Assembly: GCA_963712275.1 (NCBI GenBank)
Contig: CAVQHD010000001.1
Location: forward strand, 64,001-128,000
Length of the DNA stretch: 64,000 bases
Source of the DNA: an uncultured Rhabdochlamydiaceae bacterium
GTDB taxonomy: Bacteria; Chlamydiota; Chlamydiia; Chlamydiales; Rhabdochlamydiaceae
Reading direction: 5' to 3'
The position numbers and the translations under genes were made by a program. The notes under the pieces were generated by a model. It had not been told where the DNA came from. It worked only from the letters and a program-made list of their open reading frames with translations, and did not search any database. Shown one piece after another: positions 1 through 9,830 of this stretch. Position 1 is the stretch's first letter. Each line of letters starts with the position of its first letter.

Positions 1-64
1 TAATCTTGGAAAGCTTGAATCGAAGTAAAACAGCTACCTGCTAAAACATTTTTCGGAATGATAT

Positions 65-595
65 TCACGTGTTACTCCGATCGCATGCCTGTGCATAACA
101 TGGGCAATTTGATCCATGATTAAATGATTGGAGCTCCCACATTTTTTCATTTAAGGAGCGCAAAGGATGGTTTTGGCGGCTGCTATTTGCAAAATTTTCA
201 GTTAAAATAGTTCTATAGAGCCTTTGAAATATTTTCGCCTGTACATAGGTGTCAGGATGATGACATACCGACCACAAACGACTTTCTCCCGCATAAGGCT
301 TAATCGTTTCCTCTGAAAGTTGGATGCACCGCTGAATAATCGTTAAAATATCTGAGATATATTGGAACTGTAATACCCCAAGGGTAAAATGGGTCTCTGT
401 AGTGCACTGAGAAAAGGTAGAGTCTTTTGCTAATTTTTTTAAAACTGCAAATGCAACACTGCCTAAAGCTTCATCTGTGATTTGATCAAAAAGCTTAAAC
501 TTTTCTACCGGGTCGCGGGTTCTCTCTAGCATCTTTTTACGAGCATCCCAGAGCTCACTGCCGACCCACGTATTTCCTTTTATTTTAGTTGCCAT
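65..595 (-). CDS. hypothetical protein
   Basis: 176-aa ORF with ATG start; no recognisable motif. Confidence 0.55.
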   Translation of the reverse strand: MATKIKGNTWVGSELWDARKKMLERTRDPVEKFKLFDQITDEALGSVAFAVLKKLAKDSTFSQCTTETHFTLGVLQFQYISDILTIIQRCIQLSEETIKPYAGESRLWSVCHHPDTYVQAKIFQRLYRTILTENFANSSRQNHPLRSLNEKMWELQSFNHGSNCPCYAQACDRSNT

Positions 596-726
596 AGGAT
601 CCTAATTAGGTGGGGTGTCGTTGACAAAAGCATAGCTGAGAGTAAAAAACCTCCTCATTTTTCAGCAAGAGCAAAGAGGCATGAGCCTACCCAATATTTT
701 GGAAATAAGGCATACTTAATTCCATT

Positions 727-1779
727 ATGAAAACAAAAATTCTTCTATCTATAACTTTTTTATTTATACTTTTGGGCAACCTGCCCTCGTTTGCAGAGGA
801 ACGAGAAAAAAATACCCCCCTTTCTATCTTGATCATTGGAGGAGGGCCTGCGGGTCTTGCAACAGCCATCGAAGCTAAAGCCCATGGGTGCATTGCGACC
901 GTGGTAGAGAAAAGAGAGTCCTATTCAAGGTCTCAATGGCTTTTTCTGCTCGATCCTTCCTTAAAATTATTAGAAAAATGGAGTGTGAGTACCCCTCAAA
1001 TGAGAGTTGCCGACCTGGGTGATGGCGAGTGTCTGGGCATTGTCCGCATTAAACATTTGGAAGAACAACTTGAAAAAAGAGCCCAAGAGTTAGAGGTGAA
1101 GAAAATTTTCGGGGAGTTTCAAGGTTTTGGATCAGACCAAACAGCTGTCATTGTCACTCCTGAGAAGAACGAACGACTCATACCCTACGACATCATTGTT
1201 GGTGCTGATGGATCACACAGCCGAGTAAGAGAAGCTTTGGGTATCGAAAAGAATTGTTTAGGCACTGCAGTCGGTGCTTTTGCACTTATTTCAGATCCTA
1301 CAGATCCCTCAACAGACATAGATATTTCGCCTCCTATAAAAGAAAAGGATGTGTTTCTCAGAAGAATCAAAGTGCCATCCACGAGCATCCTCTTTATACA
1401 AGCCCCTCTCAGCGCTTCAAAAACCAAGCTCCAAGAAGCCCTTACCGCGCAAGGATGGATCAAAGAAGCTAAGGCTGTCGAAGAGAATAAGGCGTTTGTC
1501 GCTACCGATATTGATATTTTTCTCCAGCAAGCTCAAACTTTTTCAAATGAGCAAAAATCGGCTGTATTGGTGGGCGATGCCGCCGCCTCGGCGAGCTTTT
1601 TTCAAGGACTGGGAGCCAATACTGCCCTTAAAACTGCAGAGATCGGCGGCCACTTTTTTAAAGAGATCCAGACACACAATCAAACCGCTTTCCAAAATTT
1701 CAACCAGGCAATGAAAGAAACGACAGACGCCTTAATTGAAGACAGCGCGTTTTTATTCGGCCTTGATCATTCAAATTAA
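727..1779 (+). CDS. FAD-dependent monooxygenase/oxidoreductase with N-terminal signal peptide
   Basis: GGGPAG Rossmann motif, IVGADG and LVGDAA flavoprotein-hydroxylase fingerprints; hydrophobic N-terminus ending SFA. Confidence 0.85.
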   Translation: MKTKILLSITFLFILLGNLPSFAEEREKNTPLSILIIGGGPAGLATAIEAKAHGCIATVVEKRESYSRSQWLFLLDPSLKLLEKWSVSTPQMRVADLGDGECLGIVRIKHLEEQLEKRAQELEVKKIFGEFQGFGSDQTAVIVTPEKNERLIPYDIIVGADGSHSRVREALGIEKNCLGTAVGAFALISDPTDPSTDIDISPPIKEKDVFLRRIKVPSTSILFIQAPLSASKTKLQEALTAQGWIKEAKAVEENKAFVATDIDIFLQQAQTFSNEQKSAVLVGDAAASASFFQGLGANTALKTAEIGGHFFKEIQTHNQTAFQNFNQAMKETTDALIEDSAFLFGLDHSN

Positions 1780-1819
1780 ACAAGCCTATAATTTTGCTGA
1801 CAGCGTATAAGAAGGATAG

Positions 1820-2809
1820 ATGAAAATAGCGCTGTTTGATGCAAAATCTTATGACAAAGAGTTTTTCAATGCAGCCAATGCCTCTTATGGCTTCAAAATT
1901 AAGTATTTTGAATCTCATTTGACATCTGATACGAGCTCCCTCGCCCAAGGGCATAAAGCTGTTTGCATCTTTGTCAATGACAAAATCACGGCGGAAGTGA
2001 TTGACAATTTGTGCCATCAAGGCGTAGAGCTTATCGCATTGAGGTGTGCTGGCTATAATAACGTTGATCTTAAAGCAGCTTCCCAAAGAATTAAAGTTGT
2101 TAGAGTTCCCTCTTATTCTCCGCATGCGGTTGCCGAATATGCCGTGGGAATGATGCTTTGTCTAAACAGACAAATCCACCGCGCCTACTGGAGAATAAGA
2201 GAAAATAATTTTAGCATCGCAGGTCTACTTGGTTTTGACATGCATGGAAAGACCGTAGGGGTGATTGGATGTGGACAAATCGGTTCGGTCATTGTAGGAG
2301 TCTTGAAAGGTTTTGGGATGAAAGTGCTTGGCTACGACATCGACAAATCACGGGTGGAAAAATCGGGCTGTTTCTATACAGATCTGCCAACTCTTTACAA
2401 AGAAAGCGATATCATCACCTTGCATTGCCCGCTGACCCCCGAGAATATGCATATGATCAATCAAGATTCCATTGCGCAGATGAAAGAAGGAGTTATGCTC
2501 ATCAATACAGGCAGAGGACAGCTGATTGATACAACTGCACTGATTGCGGCCCTAAAATCCAAGAAAATAGGAGCGGCCGGGTTGGATGTCTACGAAGAAG
2601 AGAGCAAGTATTTCTACGAAGATTTTTCGGTATCTTTCATTCCTGATGATGTTTTGGCTCGTCTGCAGACGTTCCCCAATGTTTTGATCACTTCACACCA
2701 AGCTTTTTTCACAAAAGAAGCAATGCACAACATCGCTCATACAACCCTGGAAAACATAAAGGCCTACCGTGATGGGAAACCTTTAACTCATGAAATTAGG
2801 GTGTCTTAG
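1820..2809 (+). CDS. ldhA: D-lactate dehydrogenase (D-isomer 2-hydroxyacid dehydrogenase)
   Basis: LRCAGYNNVD, VRVPSYSPHAVAE, GxGxIG, LDVYEEE, NVLITSHQAF motifs. Confidence 0.9.
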   Translation: MKIALFDAKSYDKEFFNAANASYGFKIKYFESHLTSDTSSLAQGHKAVCIFVNDKITAEVIDNLCHQGVELIALRCAGYNNVDLKAASQRIKVVRVPSYSPHAVAEYAVGMMLCLNRQIHRAYWRIRENNFSIAGLLGFDMHGKTVGVIGCGQIGSVIVGVLKGFGMKVLGYDIDKSRVEKSGCFYTDLPTLYKESDIITLHCPLTPENMHMINQDSIAQMKEGVMLINTGRGQLIDTTALIAALKSKKIGAAGLDVYEEESKYFYEDFSVSFIPDDVLARLQTFPNVLITSHQAFFTKEAMHNIAHTTLENIKAYRDGKPLTHEIRVS

Positions 2810-2915
2810 AGGGTGTTCAGATAGATTGAGCAGAATTCACTTAGATTCCAGTAAATTGCGGAAAAATCAAAGAGCGTTGTTTTCAAAGAAAAATCACAAC
2901 TTTAGAAAAGGAACC

Positions 2916-3035
2916 TATGCACAATTCGTGCATAATTCAAACTCACTGAAAATCAATAAATTATGACAAATCCTGGGTCTTCATGCGAGAGTCTGTGCAT
3001 AATTCGTGCATAATTCAAATTCGCTAACAATCAAT
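2916..3035. repeat. two 42-bp imperfect direct repeats (2916-2957, 2994-3035), each with an ATGCAC-N5-GTGCAT-type palindrome
   Basis: tatgcacaattcgtgcataattcaaactcactgaaaatcaat vs tgtgcataattcgtgcataattcaaattcgctaacaatcaat. Confidence 0.8.
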
Positions 3036-3194
3036 CTCAGGACAATTTCGGTGACAACGAGTGCCACGGAGCACCAAGTGTTGAAGGGGATGTAGGAAGC
3101 CTGGAGAGTGGTCCAGGGAATGTAGGAGTTAACGAGGGTTAAATTCATGACAAAAGTTTTACCAAATTGCCCCTTAACTAATCAAAGCAAGAAA

Positions 3195-4613
3195 TCAATC
3201 GCTCCCTGAGCTTCTTGACAGTGTTAGCCAGCTCCTTAGTTGCTCTGGAGTAATTCCAAGGCCGAAAAGACGGCTCTGATTGATTTCGTTGAGATCTTCT
3301 ATCACATCTTCAAAAAATAGCTCTCGATCTTCTTTTTTCACCCATTTTAAAGTTTGGGATGAAAGGTAGTCATTCATCACTTTTCCAACTAAACGGTTCA
3401 GAATGATCTCTCGGATAAGAGCACGCCGCTGCCCTCGATAACGGACTCGCACCTCATCAAAATTGATTGCCTTCACTGTCTCGTCATACATTGCACAGGT
3501 GCGCTGGTAAGAGAATAGGTACAAATCCAACATCGGACGGATCTCTTGCAGCTCATAGATTGCAATGACTGCAGAGATATAATCTTCTCTTTCAACATCG
3601 TTAAACGACAAGGGAACAAGGTTATTTTTGATCAGAGGAATATTAGCGCTGAGCCTTGCAGTGCGCTTGTTGACATCTAAAAACGGCTGTAAATAAGCCA
3701 TATGGACCAGCAAGAAGAGGCTTTGCTCATAAGGGTCCTGAATGAGTGCGGCCTTTTCGATAAGACGGCTAAGCTCCATTTCCAATTGTTTTGGATTTTC
3801 GAACGGGATATACGTTGAGCCTCCTACGCGAACTCCCTGGTCTCTGACTTTTCCAGTATATCGAGGCTCTATCAATCCATCTGAAAGAAGATAATGCAGA
3901 GTACAAATGGTCTCTTTATCGACTTTTAATCGAGGCGCAGAGTCCACCAAGTATCGAATCGCTTCTTTATGGTTTAAGATCATGACCTTTTCCTCTTCAA
4001 GCTTCCCTTCCGCGCCCTTTCCTTCAAGAAGAAGTTTCTGCGTGTCGAGTAAAGAGTAGGTATTGCCTTCTAGCCTCGATGAGTTATACGAAAGATCGAT
4101 CAGCAACCGATTAAAGATTTGATGGGCGTAAGTCCCCGCTGGCTCTTGACGCTTTGACCGTTTTCCCGCTGTGTATAATTGAGATCTAACTTCCAAGGGA
4201 ATATAGAAACTTTCATTGGGCTGGTAGGCATCAACCCAATGGTCAGCATAGGAAACAGGCCTCCGTTCGTAAAGGGGACGTCTTACACGCTCAATAATTT
4301 TTTTACTTTCTGACCCAAAGCACTGATTGACCTGGGTCCGTGGCTGTATAAGTTCTTTTGATTCTGCGAAAAAAAGTTCTGAGGACGTGATCGGCCAGAC
4401 AGTTGGTGGGATCCATTTGTACCGTGTTGCACGTTTGTTTCCAAATCTTTCGATGAGCCCCTCTTTAACCATTGCAGCCATCCACCGTCTTACACTTCGT
4501 TCAGCATACCCGCCTCCCAGCTTGATCATTAATTTCTTTAAACTGATCGGCTCCCTCTCTTGACTGAGCTGATATGTTACGGCCACTTTCTTATCTCGCA
4601 ACTTCATAAACAT
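3195..4613 (-). CDS. Fic family protein with N-terminal winged-helix domain
   Basis: SSRLEGN inhibitory helix; degenerate Fic motif YLQPFLDVNKRTAR. Confidence 0.9.
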   Translation of the reverse strand: MFMKLRDKKVAVTYQLSQEREPISLKKLMIKLGGGYAERSVRRWMAAMVKEGLIERFGNKRATRYKWIPPTVWPITSSELFFAESKELIQPRTQVNQCFGSESKKIIERVRRPLYERRPVSYADHWVDAYQPNESFYIPLEVRSQLYTAGKRSKRQEPAGTYAHQIFNRLLIDLSYNSSRLEGNTYSLLDTQKLLLEGKGAEGKLEEEKVMILNHKEAIRYLVDSAPRLKVDKETICTLHYLLSDGLIEPRYTGKVRDQGVRVGGSTYIPFENPKQLEMELSRLIEKAALIQDPYEQSLFLLVHMAYLQPFLDVNKRTARLSANIPLIKNNLVPLSFNDVEREDYISAVIAIYELQEIRPMLDLYLFSYQRTCAMYDETVKAINFDEVRVRYRGQRRALIREIILNRLVGKVMNDYLSSQTLKWVKKEDRELFFEDVIEDLNEINQSRLFGLGITPEQLRSWLTLSRSSGSD

Positions 4614-4683
4614 CCCTTATACGGCCAATTTTAAGCTAAATACGGCCACTTTTCAAGGGTTTTCGGCCAAATCTAGCCGATAA
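4578..4683. promoter_or_regulatory. TACGGCCA-type direct repeats around the fic start (putative autoregulatory operator)
   Basis: copies at 4578, 4620, 4641 and a variant at 4662, spaced at multiples of 21 bp. Confidence 0.6.
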
Positions 4684-4690
4684 GCTGTGA

Positions 4691-6250
4691 TTAGACAGTG
4701 GGTTCTGCTGGCTGCTCTTCAGGGCGCATGATGGGAAAGAACAATACATCTCGAATAGAGGCGGCCTCGGTCAAGAGCATGACGAGTCGATCGACTCCAA
4801 TCCCAAGCCCTCCTGTGGGGGGCATTCCTTGACAAATTGCTTCGATAAAATCTTCATCGAGCGGATGGGCCTCTTCATGTCCCTTCTCCTTCAATTCGGA
4901 CTGCCGAGTGAGAAGCTGCCGTTGGAGCTCTGGATCATTGAGCTCCGTATAGGAGTTGCACATCTCGCTTCCCAAGATAAAACTTTCAAACCGCTCAACA
5001 AACCTCTGCTCACGCAGCTTTGGATCGCGGTGCAATTTACAAAGAGGCGTTGTCTCGATAGGATGATCGATAATATGATGGGGCTGGATGAGGCGGGGCT
5101 CCACGACCTCTGCAAATAATTTCGCAATTAAAATCCCACGAGGCGCAGCCCCTACCTCTTTGGAATCGAGAAGCAGCTTTCTCAACTCTTCATCGGTTTT
5201 GGTGGTCACATCGATATTTCCATAGACTCGAATTGCATCCACCATGCTCATACGAGTCCACGGCGCTTTGAGTTCAATCATTTGACCTTGAACCTGAATT
5301 TGAGTCGTTCCAAAAAGCTCCTTCGCAAGAAACTCAAAAAGCTGTTCTGTTAAAACCATCATATCATTGTAATCCCAGTAGGCTGCGTACGCCTCTAGCA
5401 TTGTAAACTCAGGATTATGGGTCCGATCGAGCCCTTCATTCCGAAAAACTTTTGAGATTTCAAAGATTTTCTCCATCCCTCCGACGATCAATTTTTTGAG
5501 CGCGATTTCTAGAGAAATCCGCAAATACATCGTTTGGTGAAGCGCATGGATTTCAGTGACAAAAGGGCGGGCTTCAGCTCCTCCGTAGATATTTTGCAAA
5601 ATAGGAGTTTCAACCTCAGTAAAATCAAGCCGAGCAAAATACGTGCGGATGAGGTGCAAAATACGACTCCGGAGTCGAAACGTCTCCAAAACATCCTGGT
5701 GCGTGATTAAATCAAGCCACCGCTTTCGGTATCTCATCTCTTTATCGAGAAGCCCTTTGTGTTTGTCTGGCAGAGGAAGGAGCGTCTTGCAGAGCACCGT
5801 TAATTTTTTCACATAAAGGGTCAGCTCTCCCTTGTGAGTTCGAAAAAGATGCCCCTCAACTCCGATGAAGTCTCCCAAATCGATTTTTTTTTCGATAAAC
5901 TTCATTGCCGTTAGATCAGGCGATACAGGAAGCCCTTCAATCTTGGTTTGATCCCGATTGAACATGAGTTGGAGTTGCCCTGCCCCGTCTTGCAGCTGAG
6001 CAAATGCATTTTTCCCCATCCCCCGAAATAGCATCAGCCTCCCCGCTAAAACCACGTGAGGTGTTGTCCCCGCTTCAGCCTCTTCGCTGCTGCCAGGTCC
6101 ACCGCTTGCATATTTATGCTGCAGAGACTCGGTTGTATAGGTGGGAGAGAATTTTGCAGGGTAAGGATCAATCCCAAGCGCTCGAATCTCAGCAAGCTTG
6201 GCTGATCTATTTTTAAACTCTTCGTGATGATGATAGGTAGGAAGCTGCAT
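4691..6250 (-). CDS. lysS: lysine--tRNA ligase (class II)
   Basis: FRNEG..THNPEFTMLEAY, GMPPTGGLGIGVDRL. Confidence 0.98.
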   Translation of the reverse strand: MQLPTYHHHEEFKNRSAKLAEIRALGIDPYPAKFSPTYTTESLQHKYASGGPGSSEEAEAGTTPHVVLAGRLMLFRGMGKNAFAQLQDGAGQLQLMFNRDQTKIEGLPVSPDLTAMKFIEKKIDLGDFIGVEGHLFRTHKGELTLYVKKLTVLCKTLLPLPDKHKGLLDKEMRYRKRWLDLITHQDVLETFRLRSRILHLIRTYFARLDFTEVETPILQNIYGGAEARPFVTEIHALHQTMYLRISLEIALKKLIVGGMEKIFEISKVFRNEGLDRTHNPEFTMLEAYAAYWDYNDMMVLTEQLFEFLAKELFGTTQIQVQGQMIELKAPWTRMSMVDAIRVYGNIDVTTKTDEELRKLLLDSKEVGAAPRGILIAKLFAEVVEPRLIQPHHIIDHPIETTPLCKLHRDPKLREQRFVERFESFILGSEMCNSYTELNDPELQRQLLTRQSELKEKGHEEAHPLDEDFIEAICQGMPPTGGLGIGVDRLVMLLTEAASIRDVLFFPIMRPEEQPAEPTV

Positions 6251-6792
6251 TATTGATCATATTTTGACTTTAAGTTCTTCCAATCATGCCATACGTTCTT
6301 TGCAGAAAGAGCCAAGAGGGCCGCGGTCGTTAGTACCATCACCCCTCCAGAATCCGGCGTCCATTTCAAAGCGCGATCAGCAGCATATCCAATGCTAATA
6401 CTATTGAAAATTTTTACTATGGTATTCGATGAAAATGATATCGCATCTACGCACTTACAAATAGTAAAATTCTTTTTAAGACAAGGAATATCAGAAGGAA
6501 TGACCATGAGAGAATAGAATGCGGAAGTGACCAATCGTATACCTAAAAGAACCCTTGGTGGAGCATGTGATCTTGTGAACAGCCCACGGCTGAAAGGTTC
6601 CACAAAAATTAGAAATTGGGCCGTTCTACTACACACTTGCATTCCCTTAATTAAGAAGCTACTCTTCAAATTTTTAAAACACTCTTCAGCTATAAGCCCC
6701 GTTGCGGCTATTGCCGCAAGGCTCCAACTTATTTCTTGAATGCCTAAGAGTTGAGGGACTATCATGAGTTCTCTAGCAATGGAACTAGCCAT
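6250..6792 (-). CDS. hypothetical membrane protein
   Basis: 180-aa ORF with several hydrophobic segments; SD GGAG before ATG; stop overlaps lysS start (TAATG). Confidence 0.65.
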   Translation of the reverse strand: MASSIARELMIVPQLLGIQEISWSLAAIAATGLIAEECFKNLKSSFLIKGMQVCSRTAQFLIFVEPFSRGLFTRSHAPPRVLLGIRLVTSAFYSLMVIPSDIPCLKKNFTICKCVDAISFSSNTIVKIFNSISIGYAADRALKWTPDSGGVMVLTTAALLALSAKNVWHDWKNLKSKYDQ

Positions 6793-6872
6793 CTGGTCAT
6801 CTCCTTAAAATTGTAGGAGACACTTTACATGGCTAATCTTAAAAAAGCAACATCGCTTCTTTAAGCGACTAT

Positions 6873-8102
6873 CTACACTTTTTTGCTTGCGCGGCGCAGG
6901 AGGACGGCTGAAGCTGCTACAATGAGACCGCCGAGGAAAATGACAGGGTCTAACCCTATCCAAGGGATAAGGTTATTGCAAATTCCCCCTGCAACAAACG
7001 CAAGAGCGACGACAGCACTCCAAATCCCCATGACCCACCCTTGCGATTCTTGAGGAGCTGTATTTGAAAAAACGGCCATTAAAAGGGCATAGCTGCAGGG
7101 ATTGATAATGGCAAAGAGAAATCCAAAGGACCAAAGAAAAACGGCTTGCGAAGAGAAAGAAGTCAGAACAACAAGGGCAGCCTGTCCTAGCAAAGAGAAG
7201 AAAATGATGTGGGGAGATGGAAGGGCCGTTTTAGAGAGCTTTTTCAAGATAGCAAGACCGACGATAAAGCCAACCCCCATCACAACCCAAAATAGACCAA
7301 GCCCTACACTGGTGTAGTTCAATCTCGAGTTCAGATAGATAAGAATTGTTTGAATATAGAGACTGACGCCAAATTGAAAAAGAAAAAGAACGGACGACAA
7401 GCGGCGGATCTCTCGATTTTGAAACGCCTCTTTAAAAAGGACAAAGGGTCTGAAAAAAGAGAACTTCTTAGCTGGATTATACCTCTCTTGATGAGCAAAC
7501 TTACGCTGAATCCAGATAACGGCAGCAAACGCGAGGATCGCTGAAAAAAAGAACGGCGTTGTATAGCCAAACCAATTCACAAAATGGGAATTCGATAAAA
7601 GGCTTCCAATTAAAGGACCAAGAACAAGCCCGACAGAAAATGTGAGTGAAAGAAGCCCTAGGTTGAATGGTTTATCCTCCGGAGCGCTGAGATCGATGAC
7701 GGTAGCTTGAGCAATCGGTACTGTGCCAGCCATAAAACCAGAGATTGCTCTTCCAAGCAGAAATAACCAAAGCGTTGCTGTCAGAACTCCAAATCCCATG
7801 CAGAGAAAGCTGCATCCAATGCCAAGTGTGCATAGCAACAAAATCTTCTTCCTCCCATAAATATCAGAAAGGTCTCCCAGTGAAGAAGCGCCAAATAACA
7901 TGCAAAGAGGATACAGAAGAAAAGAAAGACTTAAGTAAAAGTCTCGCATCTTCAGCGACGTCCCTACAGCCAAAATACCGTGCTTCGGGTCATCCATGAT
8001 GGCTGTTGCTAGAGGGTAGACAAGGCCCCAGCCAAAATAATCTACAATAATTGCAAGAAGGGCGGGAGCAATCAATAAAAACTTGGATAACCGAGACTGC
8101 AT
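6873..8102 (-). CDS. MFS transporter (TetA/DHA1-like, about 12 TMS)
   Basis: motif A GDLSDIYGRKKIL; GRAISG; G.VLGPLIG. Confidence 0.9.
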   Translation of the reverse strand: MQSRLSKFLLIAPALLAIIVDYFGWGLVYPLATAIMDDPKHGILAVGTSLKMRDFYLSLSFLLYPLCMLFGASSLGDLSDIYGRKKILLLCTLGIGCSFLCMGFGVLTATLWLFLLGRAISGFMAGTVPIAQATVIDLSAPEDKPFNLGLLSLTFSVGLVLGPLIGSLLSNSHFVNWFGYTTPFFFSAILAFAAVIWIQRKFAHQERYNPAKKFSFFRPFVLFKEAFQNREIRRLSSVLFLFQFGVSLYIQTILIYLNSRLNYTSVGLGLFWVVMGVGFIVGLAILKKLSKTALPSPHIIFFSLLGQAALVVLTSFSSQAVFLWSFGFLFAIINPCSYALLMAVFSNTAPQESQGWVMGIWSAVVALAFVAGGICNNLIPWIGLDPVIFLGGLIVAASAVLLRRASKKV

Positions 8103-8175
8103 ATGAAATTCTCCTTGAGAGAGTGCTTTAAAAGCACACCCTTTATGCCTCTGTTACTCAATTTATTTTTTTTTG

Positions 8176-8421
8176 TCACTTTAAATCAGAGACTAGCTTC
8201 ATACCGTGGGGAGTGAGATAAACACTGTTTTCATGCCCCTTTTTAACAAAGTTGGCTTGAGCCAGGTGCTTGACAATCGTATTAATACCCTTATCATTTT
8301 GGCCAATAGCCCGCCCAATAAGATACCGATCCACCTCTTTATCAGGGCTTCCGCGAGCGGAGGCTATTTCATAGAGCTTTAATAAAAACAATTCGTCCTT
8401 TGTGGTCGCTTTTCGATTCAT
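8176..8421 (-). CDS. small hypothetical protein, winged-helix-like
   Basis: 81 aa; ATGA overlap with the cysS stop; helix-turn-helix followed by a VYLTPHG wing. Confidence 0.7.
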   Translation of the reverse strand: MNRKATTKDELFLLKLYEIASARGSPDKEVDRYLIGRAIGQNDKGINTIVKHLAQANFVKKGHENSVYLTPHGMKLVSDLK

Positions 8422-9830
8422 GAAACCCTTTTTTTTAAGCGAGCTCCAGAGGAAGTATCCTCAACTAGGTACCCTTTCGAAAAGAGCTCGTCCCGACATT
8501 TATCTGCTCGTTCCCAATCTTTTTCTGCCCGCGCCTTTTGTCGATCGGCTAAAAGAGCTAGCAGTTCTGAGGGAATTTCTTCTGCTACAGGCTCAAGGGG
8601 AAGCACCCCGAGCACCTGATTCAACTCCTCTAAAAAGCGAAGGATCTGCGGAGCCTCCTGACGCCCCACTTGCCCTGCATCACAAAGGGTATTGATATCT
8701 CGGATAAAATCAAAAACCGCTGCAAGAGCAGCGGAAATATTGAGATCGTCGGCAAGCGCAAGAGAGAATTTCTCTCGTGCAGCTAAGATGAACGGTGCAG
8801 ATGCAGGCAAGGCGGTCTTGGTATCGATGTCCCGAAGGCGCATTGCAAAATCAGCCACTCTTCGAAGTGCGTTTGCCGCGCCATCAAGCCCTTCAAACGT
8901 AAAATTAAGCTGTGTACGATAGTGGGTTTGAAGAAGCAGATAACGAACGTGGGGCCCTGTATACCCCTTTGCAAGAAGATCCCGCAAGGTATAGAAATTG
9001 CCAAGGCTCTTTGACATTTTTTTATGATCGACCAGCAGATGCTCTGCATGGAGCCAATACCGCACAAACCTCTGATGCGTGCAGGCTTCAGACTGAGCGA
9101 TCTCATTTTCATGGTGAGGGAACATATTATCGACACCCCCCACGTGAATATCAATGGTCGGCCCTAAAAGATCCATAGCCATTGCAGAACATTCAATATG
9201 CCAGCCAGGCCTCCCCCTTCCAAAAGGACTTTCCCAAAAGATATTTCCATCGCGTGTGGAATCATAGGCTTTCCAAAGCACAAAGTCAGCGATATGCTCT
9301 TTGTCGTATTCATCTGCAGCAGTCCGTTTGGATCCACCTGCTTTGAGCTCATCCAAGTGTAAATGGGACAATCTTCCGTAGGTGGGAAATTTAGCAATAG
9401 CATAATAAATGCTTCCATCGGCTCCCCGATAGCCGATCCCCTCATCCAAAAGCTTTTGAATCAGCGTGATCATTTGAGGAATAAAATCGGTGGCTCGCGG
9501 ATAATATTCCACTTTTTCGATGTTCAACGCTTTGAGATCTTCAAAAAAGGCTTCGGTATATCGATCGGTGAATTGTTTTAAAGAAATCTGCTCTTTCAGA
9601 GCATCTCGAATCGTTTTGTCATCTATATCGGTGATATTCATCACCTGAGTCACCTGAAATCCAAAAAATTTAAGAGCCCTCCGCAGAAGGTCTTCAAAGA
9701 CATAGGTGCGAAAGTTGCCAATGTGAGCAAAGTTGTAAACCGTCGGTCCGCACGTATACATGCGAATCTGTCGATCGATCGAGGAGGCGATCTCTTCCTT
9801 CTGGCGTGTTTCGGTGTTGTAAAGTCTCAT
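8418..9830 (-). CDS. cysS: cysteine--tRNA ligase
   Basis: YTCGPTVY, HIGN, GRPGWHIECSAM, KMSKS. Confidence 0.98.
   Translation of the reverse strand: MRLYNTETRQKEEIASSIDRQIRMYTCGPTVYNFAHIGNFRTYVFEDLLRRALKFFGFQVTQVMNITDIDDKTIRDALKEQISLKQFTDRYTEAFFEDLKALNIEKVEYYPRATDFIPQMITLIQKLLDEGIGYRGADGSIYYAIAKFPTYGRLSHLHLDELKAGGSKRTAADEYDKEHIADFVLWKAYDSTRDGNIFWESPFGRGRPGWHIECSAMAMDLLGPTIDIHVGGVDNMFPHHENEIAQSEACTHQRFVRYWLHAEHLLVDHKKMSKSLGNFYTLRDLLAKGYTGPHVRYLLLQTHYRTQLNFTFEGLDGAANALRRVADFAMRLRDIDTKTALPASAPFILAAREKFSLALADDLNISAALAAVFDFIRDINTLCDAGQVGRQEAPQILRFLEELNQVLGVLPLEPVAEEIPSELLALLADRQKARAEKDWERADKCRDELFSKGYLVEDTSSGARLKKRVS

Noticed and set aside
2807..2825. TTA-GAGGGTGTTCAG as a possible IS5-family terminus
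   Set aside because: No matching second end or transposase found
2916..3035. Possible CRISPR mini-array (42-bp repeat, 36-bp spacer)
   Set aside because: Only two diverged copies and no cas genes in the window
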